Shown here in pieces: positions 11,115-23,915 of a stretch of 64,000 bases of DNA. The stretch comes from Vermamoeba vermiformis. Its lineage: Eukaryota. Position numbers and translations under genes: made by a program. The stretch's first letter is position 1. Each line of letters begins with the position of its first letter. Location: positions 310,001 through 374,000 of the forward strand of contig JBEWZL010000266.1 of NCBI GenBank assembly GCA_045837725.1, written 5' to 3'. Below the pieces are notes generated by a model. The model searched no databases, was not told the origin of the DNA, and saw only the letters and a program-made list of their open reading frames with translations.

Positions 11115-14031
11115 TTACATGATGCTGCAATTTACTTCGCCGTTGGATTCGTTAGTGTTAGCGTTGCCTTCCTCCTCAGCTTGAGCCTGATGCTCCGCGA
11201 ACTATAATAAGAATAGCATTATTATAAGTATGACATAGTTTTGGATAAATTACCAAATTGGTGAAAGTCGCAACCAGCTCAGGTAGTCGGCTCTCGGCTC
11301 TGCTGGCTGATTCAACTTGCTCTATATTCTTTTTGGCCAGTTCGTCTATTTCATTCATATTTACATTGTTGTTGTCACCTACGGCTCGCCATAGACGAAC
11401 CTTTTTGTTGAACAACTCGCTACATCCGATCTCGTTAGTTCAAGAAAGTTTAAATAGTCTATAACAACTACTTACGTCGACGCAATAACGAGGTCATTTG
11501 GTCTGGGGCAAATTCGTGTAATCTCATTATCCCCGCTGTCCAACACATTAACAATTTTTCCAGTTGCAGTGGACCTAGTTCGGATCTAGTTAGCCATCTT
11601 TAACTTGAACAATTACTTAAACGTACCATATGAATATTTTACCGTCGTCACTGCCACTAACTACAAACTCTTGATGTGGTCCAAGGAACTCGGCATTCTT
11701 CATCGTGACCATGTTTTTGTGCCCGACAAACTTCATTGCGTAATGAGTCTCGCAACTCTCTAACTCTAAATACTCTGTTAACATTGTCCAAATAATGAAG
11801 TATTCGTTATTTACCTTGTGTGATCGAGTTGTTGATACCCAACAAGTTAAACCTCGTGCTTGAAGTTTCGCTGTTTTCATCGCTCGGCTCGTCATTGTTG
11901 TTCAATTGCGGCATATCTCCACGGGCAGCAGGAATATCAATCGATACACTGCTTGATGCGATGGCAGTAGATATTGACCTGAAGTCATCTTCGTCGATAT
12001 TAACATTCGTCACGGTAGTCTCTAACGGAGGCATGTCGCGTTGTGTGTTGGTTTCAGGCGGTGGTTCATTCGTCTCGTCAATCTCCACGTTGATGTTTAA
12101 AACCGGGTTGGACTCATCCTCTTCTACGTTAGTATTACTTGCGGCCTGAGGCTCCTCGCGGCTATCCACGTCAACATTTTCTTCTTGATTGTTGTTGGTC
12201 TCGTTATTGTTATTTGGAGAGGGGTTATTATTGCTTGGCCTGTACTCTGCCATTCTTGAAACCAAGCCGCTAATTCTCGACAACAAAGACGAAAATGCCG
12301 ATGCTCGTGTCGAATTGATATTGTTGTTGTTGTTGCCTGGCGCCGTGCTGAGCTCTGTGTCAATGTTCATGGAGTCAGTCGCCGTGGACTCTGTGTCCGC
12401 TAGCGTTGGTTCAATTGCGCTATGAGGCTCGTCTGCTACGCTCTCTTCATCCGATTGATCAACATCGACAGCATCTCCCTGATTAGTTTTCCGCTTCTTT
12501 CGTGAAACACGGCTGTTCTCTTCGCTTCGAACCTTCCTCTTTTCACCCCTATTTAAGCGATACGTGAGCAACACAGACCTTATTGAGCGCGAGAGTCTTA
12601 CTTTTTGGCTGCTTTTTCCGACGCCATTTTCTAATACGAGCACGTTAGCCTGAGTACTGTAAGTGATCAATCATCACCTACCATTATGGCTTGCTTCATC
12701 TTAATGTACTTTGAGTAGTTCTTGTCCACATCGAATAAATAGATATGATCGTTGCTGTAGTTGACCAGAACTTGATTGCCAAAGTGATTGAACTTCACAC
12801 TCGCGACTGTCTTGTGGAAAGGAAAGGAAGAACTAACTTTTTTAATCTCTGCCGGCATAAATCTGTACAAACAGCCGTGCTCTTCCTCCTGCAGTTAATC
12901 GTCATTAGTTCGCATTTTTGATTCAGCTGGGAATAGACGTCATGTCTTACCCCTTCCTTCTTCAGGTATCTTCTATCGTATACTCTGACTATAGGGTCGC
13001 TTCCTCCTACTACAATTTGATGCGGTGCATACTTATTTACATCGATGCTAGTGACTTCAGTGCGATACACGGTGTAGGTTGAGATCGAGAAGTGCGAACT
13101 GTTTGTGAGATTAGTATACATATGCTATGTCAATCAGATATGTACCTCAGTTGGACTTGCTTCTTGGACTGCCTTCTAAGGTCTACTAATAGTTGGCCTT
13201 GTTGTGGTGACGAGCCAGGTAAGCGCTAATCACGTGTCAGAAATAAGAGGTATCTTCAAAATTTTTACTCACGTTGTCAATCTGACGAATGGTTCCGTCC
13301 TAAAATACGTGTTATTAATCCTTTTTTACCAAAATTATATATTACCTCGCCTCCAGTGATGAATACGTTCGAGCAATCTGGATCGAACACAAAATCTCGA
13401 ATTCCTGCCGCATGGAAGATGTACGAATGGACCTACTGATCGTTATAATAGACTTTTTAAATGATTAACGCACCGTTCGAGCCAACAAATCAGAGTACTT
13501 CAAAGAGCGATCTGCTCCGCTTGTAACGATTATGTGCGCTCCAGTATAAGGCTTCACCTTCGCGCTAACAAACGATTAGAATACACATATATCATACCGC
13601 ACATATCCATACCAATAGATGCCGCTCGGGTGTCCAGGAGAAAAGTTCTTGACGATCCGTGCCTGCTTGTTCATATCCCAAACGTTTACAAAGCCATCAT
13701 TCGATGCGGATACTAGTAATCTCCCCGTCTCGTCCCAACGTATGCTTGATATTATTTCTTCGTGCGCGGCTGAAGAAAACTCGAGTTAGATCCAGAAGGG
13801 TTTTCCAAGCCAATCAAAAATTAAAATATCGAGCCAAATAATGCTTACTTAATTCACTATCTATTTTGAGCCTTTGAATTAATGCTAGATTTTCTATTGC
13901 TAAGCTTTTTGTGTATGAGGGACTAGTGACAGGAAAGATCGACTTCTGCTGCCCTAAATAGCATGTCAAAAGTTTGATGTGGTGGTCAATTATTGTGCCG
14001 AATGATCGTATGATTTAAACAGACTTGACAT
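11115..14031 (-). CDS. DCAF8/DCAF6/WDTC1-like WD40 protein (CUL4-DDB1 substrate receptor type); start codon uncertain
   Basis: WD repeats AHEEIISSIRWDETGRLLVSASNDGFVNVWD, VGGSDPIVRVYDRR, FVVSGSDDGKIFIW; acidic/Asn-rich insert; ends VNCSIM-stop. Confidence 0.85.
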
Positions 14032-14372
14032 TTAATTTTTCAAAATAATAATATTTCGAGATTGAATAATGCTGAACAAGACAGTTAAGCATTACTTCAT
14101 TGAATTCTTACCCTCTCTACTATTAATTAAATTCCAAATATTTTTTTGGCTTCGTTCCATTATCGAAATCGACAGCTCTGCCTCTCTTCGTTCATCTGTC
14201 TTTTTTTATGGAGTTCTCGTCGACTTGATCTATAACAAGCTGACCAGTAGCTATTGTAGTTATGTTTACAAAGATTCGAGATAATGAAATTGCGCAGTTT
14301 TTACGGATCCAGAAAATTCGCCTAATAATTACAATTTATTTGCTGGGCTACAAATAATATAACCAAATGGTA

Positions 14373-17300
14373 TTAGAAGAGCATGCTGACAGCCAACATT
14401 ACAGCGCTAACGATAGAGACAGTCGTTCCAACAGCATCAGATCTTCGAACGATACCAGGGCTAGGATAAGCGTAGGTGGGACCGGAGGTTGGTGCGGCAG
14501 GACCAGCCACAGGGCCAGCGGCGGGACCAGAGTTAGGTGCTTGGGGAGATTCAGGAATCTTAGCAGTGCTGCCAATAGTGTAGAAACCAGTGGACAAGCT
14601 GGCACCAGAGAAAGTGACGGTGTTGTTATCAGCACTAACGACGCCATTTTCATTGACGATTTGGTAGGGACTAGAGCTCGTAGCCTGATACAACAAGAAG
14701 TAGCTGGCGTTGTTGGCAGCCATCACATCTTTCACGGAGGACACGTCGAATGAGACGTCAGCCGTGGCTTGAGAAGTGATTTGGCCTTGAACACTAACAG
14801 TAACGAACCAAACACGAGAGAATCGAGTGTAGTTGACTTGGTAAGGGTAAGCAAACAAATCACCATCGTCAGGAACACGACCAAACATGATGTAGTCGCC
14901 TGCAGGAAGAGCAGTCTGTTTGCTAATGGTCAATTGAATGGAGTTGCCCGAGAGCACAGCGCCATTTGACTCAGAGCCAATGCCCGAAACGTCTTCGTCG
15001 CAGTTGCTGTTTTGATCAGTGGCGCCAGTGTAGATCTTGGTAGGGAGGGAAGTGATACCAAAGCGAGCAGCAAGACTGTTCATGACGATGTTGTGAACCG
15101 CGGTGTTGTTACCGGTCTTGAGAATGAGCACCTCGCCGACAACGCCAGTCAAGTGGTTACCATTCTTATTGCAGCCAACAGCAGTGGTCACTAAATAGCA
15201 TAGGTTAATCACTAGAACGGGAGTACAGATTTACAGGCTATTTAAAAAAAGGGTTCGAGTATAAATAAGGGCCAAAAATAGAGCCTCCTTCCTAACTTGG
15301 CTCGCCCCGCTAAAACCAATAACAAATTTCAATTTTTTTCGGTAATTTGGCTGCGACACCAAAACAAAATCAAGAAATAATTTTTACGCTATCAAAGCAC
15401 CCAATAATTGTCCGCTGCTGATATGCACAATAGGCATTAGAGAAATTATTCATATAATTATCGCCATATTTCGTGCTTATTTAGCTTATCAATGCGCCAC
15501 AATTAATGCACGACCCGGCACCAGCTTCGACGCCCGAATATTTTATATTGTGCGGTTATGGTCTTGATAGCGTAATTATTTGATTTTGTTGCCGAGAGGT
15601 AATGCCCCCTTTTTTAAAAAAAGGTAATAAAATTGATAAAGACAATATTTTTTAAGCCGGCCCACATCTCATTCCAATAAGCACTCTACCGATTAAATAT
15701 TTTCCGACAAAAACAACTGAAGTGAAAGGAAATTTAAGTCTAGATCCATTTGCCGCCAAGAGTAGACCCGCTTTCGTCTTTTCATCTCGATAAGTAATTT
15801 TCTTATATTTGTCTTTCCAGCACTTGCTCTTCGGCCATAATTCGTAAGCTTAGGTTCCAGACCAACAAACATAAAAAAGGAAGATGTTGTCTGATAATGA
15901 ATGAGCATAAAGATGCATTATTATAATTTTTTGGCCCATCTGCTCGCCAATCATACTGAGATAATTTTTAAATTTATCCACGGCACCAGAACGCAGATCA
16001 TCATGAATATACTCTTCAATAATCAGTTGCTTGTATTTTCAGTAAATTTTGAAGGACTGGACTTCGCGGCTGCTGGATTTTGTTTCTGATCTTGGACGCG
16101 CGGTGTGTACTATGTCAATAATTTGCTCTGTTGCATAGTCCATAAAGACCATGGAGCACCAGAAGCCTTGTTTTAATTTTCTCTGAGGTGAATCGTAGCG
16201 CGCATCAAAAGCAAGCTTGATTGGTTTAGATTTGAGACTCGAAATTATTCGCTTCTGCTCACTTTCATAATAACTATGTACTATTGGCTTTACTTGTTGT
16301 TTTTGAATAACTCCGTAAAATTTAGACTTTGAAATATGGCCACAGCTTAATAATTTTGATATCTCTTTGTATCTGGCGAATCCAATACCACACAGGAGGA
16401 ACGCTGCAGGGATTGCTGTATTAATTTTGAAGGCACTGCTTTGTTTGTGAAGGTCGCTATTATACCATTTGAACTCGTGGCCACTCTCACAGACCAGATC
16501 GGCGACGATCAGATGGTCCTTTTTGGCGACAATTCGCTGATTGAATGGGCAAGGGTGGTCACAAGTAAGGCAGAACACGTGAGACAGTAGCTCAATCAGC
16601 TTGCTTCGTTGCACAAAGACAAATTCGCTGACTTCTTGAGATTCAGACCGAAGATGGGCTTCGGTAGTATTGTCTGGCTCTCCTCCGGGAGTATTGTTGG
16701 GGGCTGGGCATTTAGCTTGCTCTAACAGAGCTGCAATAGCCTCTTGAATTGATAAAATATTATTCTTATTTCGATACTCATCCAGCTCTTCGAAAAGACT
16801 GGTGCTCAACCGGATGCGTTTTGTTGCATCCAACCGACGCTTCTTCAGTGGTCGATGAGTATCACTATCATAAGAATTCTCTCTTGTGGTCATATATTCT
16901 TAATTATTAATTTAAATAGAAGCGGTTCCATTTGCGGGCCACGGCCCTATTTATACTCGAACCCTTTTTTTAAAACTCGAGATATACGTACCAGTAGTAG
17001 AAAAGGTGGTAGAGCCGGAGGTAAAAGAGTTGGTCAAGGTGTCAAAGCCAATTGTGCCGGACGAAGCATCTTGAGTGTACCAGAATAACATAGGATCTCC
17101 TTGAATATAAAGTCCAGATTCGGCTGAAACTGAACCAAGAAGAGCGCCGTCAACATAAAAGCCAAGGTCGATGGTGGCTAAAGAGCAAAGTGGTTACGCT
17201 AGGTGCCAATACTATCGCCAAATAGCACTTACTTCCGTTGAGCGTAAGAATCAACGAATATCCAACGTTCGTAGCCTGTTCTTGGGCAGCTAAGACGTGA

Positions 17301-17809
17301 ACGCCGACGCCAGGGAGTCTGGCGACGACATAAACTGAGTAAGTTGCGCTGCTCGGGGTGCCAATTGTGGTAGAGCTCAAGCATCTGCATGAATAATAAG
17401 CATTCATATATCGAGTTGCATTGAACTATGTTACATACTGCGAGCCGCTGAAACTAACTCCAGGAACAACAGTGTTAAATTGGTTTGCAAGCAGAGTTGG
17501 TGCAGAACCAGCTGTTGTTAGTGTTTTGCTATTAAAGGCATCCCAAGAAGAAACGCTAAAACAGATTTAGTCAATATTAATAAATCCAAAATATATAATT
17601 GAAATTAGCCGTTGACAAATAATAACTGATGCTAAATTTTCAATAATTATTTTTAATGATTACCTTGTAATATTAGGCAAACGCCAGGATGCGGACCAAA
17701 CTAAAACGTCTGCGTCCAAACTTTGGAGCCCGACGGGACTGGTTTGCTGTGCGAAGCACAATTGCAAAGTGAGTGCTAAGAACAATCCAACTATTACTCG
17801 CATTGTCAT
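14373..17809 (-). CDS. secreted, probably GPI-anchored surface protein with a LamG/ConA-like jelly-roll module; last intron contains a transposon
   Basis: Signal peptide MRVIVGLFLALTLQLCFA. Exons join in phase across intron 15191-16991 (...STT-g|tg-acc = VTTAVG). Pro-rich stalk and hydrophobic C-terminus VSIVSAVMLAVSMLF. Confidence 0.8.
15246..16969. mobile_element. Kolobok-like DNA transposon, degenerate/internally deleted
   Basis: TIRs AAAAAGGGTTCGAGTATAAATA(A)GGGCC at 15246-15273 and 16943-16969, differing by one indel. TTAA on both flanks (15242-15245, 16970-16973). Contains an intronless transposase-like ORF. Confidence 0.85.
15950..16893 (-). pseudogene. Kolobok-type DDE transposase, truncated
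   Basis: Zn motif CLTC...CESGH, then LAFDARYDSP...WCSMVFMD...IIDIVH, like the DGRxDSP first-Asp motif of Kolobok transposases. In-frame TGA at 16039-16041, after which IIEEYIHDD (second-Asp-like) continues and then decays. Confidence 0.7.
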
Positions 17810-18028
17810 TGACAGCTGAATTTTAAAATGAATAATGATTCGGTTGTTTTCAAAACTTTGAAAAAATCTGGCACGAGGATCAAACGGAGGAAATCTCAAT
17901 ACCGACCTCAAGTCCAAACATAAAGGGGCACTAATATGATTCTTTTTACCTTTTATTGCTTACACCTACAAGATCTGCCGCAAAACGCAATAACGATAAA
18001 ACATTTGTTTTCGAGTCTTCGCAATTAA

Positions 18029-19560
18029 TTATTTTGAGTTCTGGCTAAGTTTCTTGACAATTTGCACGACGTCTTCGTCTTCTAAAATGTGATCTTTGCC
18101 GACCTTTTGTGGATTATGTTTAACGGATGCACCCCAAACTAAGGCACTAAAATTCAAATACATTAGCGATTTGATTCGTTTCATATGATAATATTTTGAG
18201 AAGGTCTCGGGTGTGTCTACTTACTATTTCAACTCTCTGACAATTCCTTTGTGTAACTTGTCGCAAAGGTCCTGAATGGATCGTTCTTCACGGCGCATGA
18301 CGACGGGTTCGTTGTAGTCAGGGATTTGGCCCTTAGGCTTAGTGTAAATACGAATGAGATCGAGGTACTCCCAGATCTTCTCCAAGAGATGGTCCAAGTT
18401 CCATTCGTGGTGACCAGAGATCGGCACGCAGTGAGGGATCTGATACAAAATGTCCAATTCTTCAATAGAGATAGAGTCAATCTTGTTAAGGACGTATAAG
18501 CAAGGCACGTAAACTCTGTTGCCTTCGATAACGTCGATCAACTCGTCTTCAGTGATGTCTTGATGGATCCTCAGATCTGCGCTGTAAATTTTATATTCTG
18601 CCAAAATTGTCTTGACAAACTCTTCGTTGAGGTGAGAGAGTCGCACGGTGGATGAGATGGTAACACCACCCTTGTCCTTTCTCTTAAAAATAACATTTGG
18701 TGGCCTCTTGTTCAAACGAATACCAAAACCTTCGACTTCTTTCTCCAAAATTCGCTTGTGGATGAGTGGCTTCATAGCGTCCAAAACGATCAAAATTAAA
18801 TTACAAGTACGAGCCACAGCAATGACTTGACGACCACGACCTTTGCCGTCCTTAGCACCTTCAATAATACCCGGAAGATCCAAAAGCTAGAATATTTAGG
18901 TTAATGCATGAATTGTGATAAGCACAAGGCATCAAGTAATTGATTTAAAATTTGTCGAATCCAGGCCAAAGCACGATCTGACTGTCACTTACTTGAATTT
19001 TGGCACCCTTATATCGGATAATACCGGGCACAGTGGTCAATGTAGTAAATTCGTATTCGGCAATGGCGGAGTATGTGCCAGTAAGTTTGTTCAGAAGGGT
19101 GGATTTACCGACCGATGGAAAACCGACAAGACCAACACGGGAGTCACCAGTTCTCTTAACGTCGAAACCTAATATAACGCGGGTTATTTATTAAGAAGTG
19201 CGTCATAAGAAATATCAACAAACGCATAATTAATCTAAATCCTGAGAAAATGTTGTTAACGTACCTTCACCAGTACCACCACCACCAGACTTTGGAGTCA
19301 ATAATTCACGACGCAATTTAGCCAATCTAGCCTTCAGCTGACCGATGTGGAACATCGTCGCTTTGTTTTTTTGCGTGCGATCGATCTATAAACCATAATT
19401 AATATTTTGCTTACAAATACGTCGTAAACGTTTTAATATATAGTTACAATTATAGTTGAGTTATTATTAATTTTTTCTGATCATTACAGTCATCAACAAT
19501 GTAATAACAGTCACGTACTTCATCTTCGATCTCCTTAATTTTCTTCGCAATATCACCCAT
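18029..19560 (-). CDS. DRG1: developmentally regulated GTP-binding protein 1 (OBG family + TGS)
   Basis: [67 protein letters not shown] (DRG1-type). Confidence 0.95.
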
Positions 19561-19707
19561 TGTTAATATATTACAAATAAAACAGTAGTCAGCAGTACTG
19601 TAAAGAACAAATAAATAAAATTATGAAGAGCGCGAAAGGGGGAAGTTTTTTGCTCGTCAAAATCGAAAGTAATTTTTGACCGTCAAAAATTTGGTCGCTG
19701 CGGTTTT

Positions 19708-19717
19708 GATGACGTGT
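19708..19717 (+). promoter_or_regulatory. candidate UPRE-like bZIP element (GATGACGTGT) in the ~220-bp divergent DRG1/GRP94 promoter
   Basis: Matches the XBP1/UPRE core GATGACGTG(T/G), about 65 bp upstream of the ATG of an ER chaperone gene. Confidence 0.4.
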
Positions 19718-19779
19718 CGCTGAGCTAGCAGATTATCTTTGTTATTTTCGTTAGGTTACACAACGCCTGCGTCTTCAAA

Positions 19780-22773
19780 ATGAGTAGACTCTTTTTGTTT
19801 GCGTGTATTGTGTTGATCTGCTCGCCAGGTAAGCACTGCTTTAATATCTTCTTGGCTTCTACAGAACTGCTGTATAATAATATTCGTTTAGCGCTGACAA
19901 CTAACCATTATTTTTAGCCTTAGTTTGGTACTGCCACGCTGAGGAGACTGCTGACAGAGCAAACGCAGTAGATGCGGATTTAAAACAGGAGAAAGTCGGT
20001 TTGAAGACCGACGATAACGTCGTCAACAGGTAAGAATTTTTATATTTTAGAGGCGCGTGTAACGGCGAGAATGCGCCGGTTTCATCCTCCTCAATCTGGA
20101 CACGTGTTCTTACCGACGTTCTCATTTTTAGAGAAGCCAACTCCCTCTCTCACCAAGATGAATTCACTCTTGCCGAGCGCACCAAGCTCAATCAAGAGAA
20201 CTTCCAATTCCAAGCCGAGATCGATCGCTTGTTGCATCTGATTATCAACTCTTTGTACAGCAACAAGGATATCTTCTTACGTGAGGTTATCTCTAACGCT
20301 TCTGACGTACGTTGACGTGCCTATTCTCGCTTTTCCTTGACCTAACCCACTTTAACCGCAGGCCTTGGACAAGATCCGTTATTTGTCATTGACAGACAAG
20401 AACGTTTTGGGCACCGGCGAACAAAGCAAACTTGAGATTAAGGTGGGTAGAACATAGTTTAGTTCCTTCTTTTGCTAACAGCTATTTACTAGATTAAAGC
20501 CGAGCCTGAAAAGGGTCTCCTCCACATCCGCGATACTGGTATCGGTATGACCAAGCAAGAGTTAATCAACAACTTGGGTCGTATCGCCAAGTCTGGCACT
20601 AAGGGTAAGTATCTCTCAGCAATACCTAGTTCATTTAATTCAGCTTGATATGATTAGAAAAATTTTTGTTGTTTTCCCGTGTTTATGAAGTCAAATTTAA
20701 GCATGATTAGGACACAACATATGATCATAATTACTTAATATACTAGTATCATTCAACTACTTTATACATATGCTAATAATATTGTTACAGAGTTCTTGGA
20801 GAAGTTCAAGCAAGGTTCGGATCTTTCTCAGATCGGTCAATTTGGTGTCGGTTTCTACTCCACTTTCTTGGTCGCTGATACTGTCATCGTTACCACTAAG
20901 AACAACAACGATAAGCAGGTCAGTTAATAGCGCCGTAGACGTTCGTGAGTACGTGACTAACCTTTTGTCTAGTACGTCTGGACTAGCTCTGTTGAAGCTG
21001 GATCTAGCTTCGATGTCAGCGAAGATCCTCGCGGTGACACATTGGGCCGTGGTACTATGATCACTCTCGTCTTGAAGGAGAACGCTCGTGAGTACCTTGA
21101 GCAATCCAAGTTGGAAGAATTGGTCAAGAAGTACAGCGAATTCATCAACTTCCCTATCTACTTGTGGACCACCAAGGAAGTTGAACGTGAAGTTCCCGTT
21201 GAAGAGACCGCCGAAGAGGCCGCTGAAGAGACTGAAGACGTTGAAGTCACTGAAACTGAAGAGGGTGAAGAAGAAGAGACTCGTAAGTAGCCAGATCCGC
21301 ATTGATTTTTTGACGAGTAGTGGGCTAACTGCTTCTACAGCCAAGACTCAAACCATCAAGGAAACTGTCTCTGGCTGGACTCCTATGAACTCCCTCAAGC
21401 CTCTCTGGACTCGCAAGCCTAAGGAGATTACTGACGAAGAGTACAACAACTTCTACAAGTCATTGACTGGCGACAACAACGAGCCTTTGGCCCACACTCA
21501 CTTTGTTGCCGAAGGTGACGTCGAGTTCACTGGTTTGCTCTACGTTCCTGCTGAGGCTAACCACACTCGCTTCGAGAAGTCTACCACTGACCTCAAGTTG
21601 TACGTCAAGCGCGTCTTCATCAACGACCAAGTTCAAGGTCTTTTGCCTCGCTTCTTGGCCTTCTTGAAGGGTTTGGTTGACTCTGATGACTTGCCTTTGA
21701 ACGTCTCTCGTGAAATGTTGCAACAAAGCAAGCTCTTGAACATGATCAAGAAGAAGCTTGTTCGCAAGGCTATTGCCATGTTCCAAGCTCTTGAGGACGA
21801 CAAGGAGAAGTACGAAAAGTTCTACAAGAACTACGGCACCAACATCAAGTTGGGTGTCATCGAAGACACTTCCAACCGCGAAAGACTCGCCAAGTTGTTG
21901 CGCTTCTACACGTACAAGCACCAAAGCGAGTTAGTCTCCTTCCAACAATACGTTGACGAGATGAAGCCCAACCAAAAGGACATCTACTTCTTGGGTGGTG
22001 AGACTAAGGAAGCCATCCTCAACTCTCCCTTGTTGGAGCGATTGGTCAAGAAGGGCTACGACGTCTTGTTGATGGTTGACCCCATCGACGAGTACTTGGT
22101 CAGCTCGTACACCAAGTTCGACAAGTACAAGTTGAAGAACTTGGGCAAGGAAGAACTCAAGTTGAAGGAAGACGAGGACGAGATGAAGCAAATGAAGGAG
22201 GAGTTCAAGCCTTTGTTGGAGTACTTGAAGACTGTCTTGTCGGACGTTCAACAAGTCGTGTTGAGCAGCAGATTGACTCGTACCCCTGCCGCTTTGGTCT
22301 CCGCCTCGTTCGGCATCTCTGCCAACCAAGAACGTATCCTTCGCGCTCAAGCTCTTGCCGACGAGAAGACCCGTCAAATGTTCAACGCCAAGTTTGGCCG
22401 CATCTTCGAAGTTAATCCTTTCCACCCTCTCGTCAAGCAATTGAACGATATGGTCAAGGAAGAGAAGCGCGACGAAGCTAAAGACTTGGCTGACTTGCTC
22501 TACGATACTGCCTTGTTGCACTCTGGTTATAGCGTTCCTGAGCCTCGTCAATTCGCCGAAAAGGTCTACAAAATGATGTCTGTCAGCTTGGGCTTGGATG
22601 TCGAAGAAATCGAAAAGGTTCAAGAGACCCTTGAGAAGCAAGCTGAAGAGGAAGGTGTCACTGAAGAGACTAAGGAGCCTGAGCCTGAGACCGAACAAGA
22701 GAAGTTGGAGCGCATTGCTGACGAGTTCAGCAAGAAGGCTCAACAAGAGGCTGACGAGAAGGACGAGTTGTAA
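19780..22773 (+). CDS. HSP90B1: endoplasmin / GRP94 (ER Hsp90); multi-exon
   Basis: Signal peptide; [61 protein letters not shown]-terminal KDEL. Confidence 0.97.
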
Positions 22774-23063
22774 AACCGCAACTTGATGTTTTATTAAATT
22801 AATTTGACATTACTTTATTGTTTGATCAAATAAACGATACGAAATTTACTCAAACCTCAATGCCAGATCCAATTCTTAAAACCGAAACCAGCTGGACCAT
22901 GCGGACAACGAGAGATCCATAACCGGCCTAAAGTCCTATAGACAAAAGACACATGCAACAGCGAATGAAAACTTCGCTTCGACCTTCCTTTGAGGCACTG
23001 GCCAGATCCGTGAAGCCACGTGAGTTTTGTCGTCAAATGAACCGTTTGTGGTTTATTTAGGGT

Positions 23064-23768
23064 CTAAAATATCTTCCTAGTGGTCGTAGGAGCATAAAGT
23101 GTGATAAATACAAGTGCTATTAATCCGTACAAGTACATGTCTTTGTACTCGGCACGCCATTTCAAGTAATCCTGCCAATCTCTTCTGCTACCATATAAAT
23201 ATGTCGTTAACGCATTATGTAGCGTAAATATAACGCCTAGTTGCATATGCATGATGATATTATAACCAAACGTCCATAAAATTTCTCCGCTTTTGAACGC
23301 ATCCACTGTCAACTTCCAATCGTTCATTAATATGACCAAACAGACTGCTATAAATCCAACCAGCTTTGCGTGATTATATTTTTTGAATACGAAGTTCTCC
23401 CAAAGCAAATAATAAACTGCAGATCCGCCCAACATTGCCACGTAAATTGCCAATTCCAAATTCCATCGATAAAATACTGCTCCAATTAATACAGTACTTA
23501 GGCCACTTGTTATTACAATTCTACGCTTTCGTTTTGTAGCCGGAGTTATATCTGCTGTCGGTACATGTTCATTGGTGGAGAGGAAAATTGCGAAGAATTC
23601 AAATGCGAGTGTTATCAGCACTTTGACGTAAAATTTGACTTCATATGCCGTGCTCTTTGTATAATCCACGAATAGACAAGGCACCATTAATAGAATGATC
23701 AGTTGGATCAGCACCGAACTGAACGGAAATCCTACACAGATTAACAAATCGTATTAGAAAAATGACAT
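23064..23768 (-). CDS. intronless multi-pass membrane protein of unknown function; possibly a pseudogene
   Basis: 227-aa hydrophobic ORF. The nearest upstream in-frame ATG (23766-23768) is followed by TAA at codon 5. Confidence 0.5.
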
Positions 23769-23915
23769 ATGCTTATATATTATTATAATCATTATATTTC
23801 GATAATTATGCAGTATCCGTCGCGAAAAAAACGCTCAAAAAAAGATTTGTACTGGCGGATCTGGTTAGCAAAATATTAATAGTGAGTAACTGACTAATGA
23901 AGCCAATACGAATAA

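Noticed and set aside
12180..12335. AAC/AAT repeats here and at 35748-35787
   Set aside because: Coding poly-Asn low-complexity tracts, not CRISPR or satellite arrays.
16039..16041. In-frame TGA in the transposase as selenocysteine or readthrough
   Set aside because: More stops and frame breaks follow within ~100 bp, so this is ordinary decay; no SECIS recognised.
21460..22746. Long antisense ORFs (154 and 271 aa) opposite GRP94
   Set aside because: Shadow ORFs caused by strong codon bias in a highly expressed Hsp gene; no motifs.
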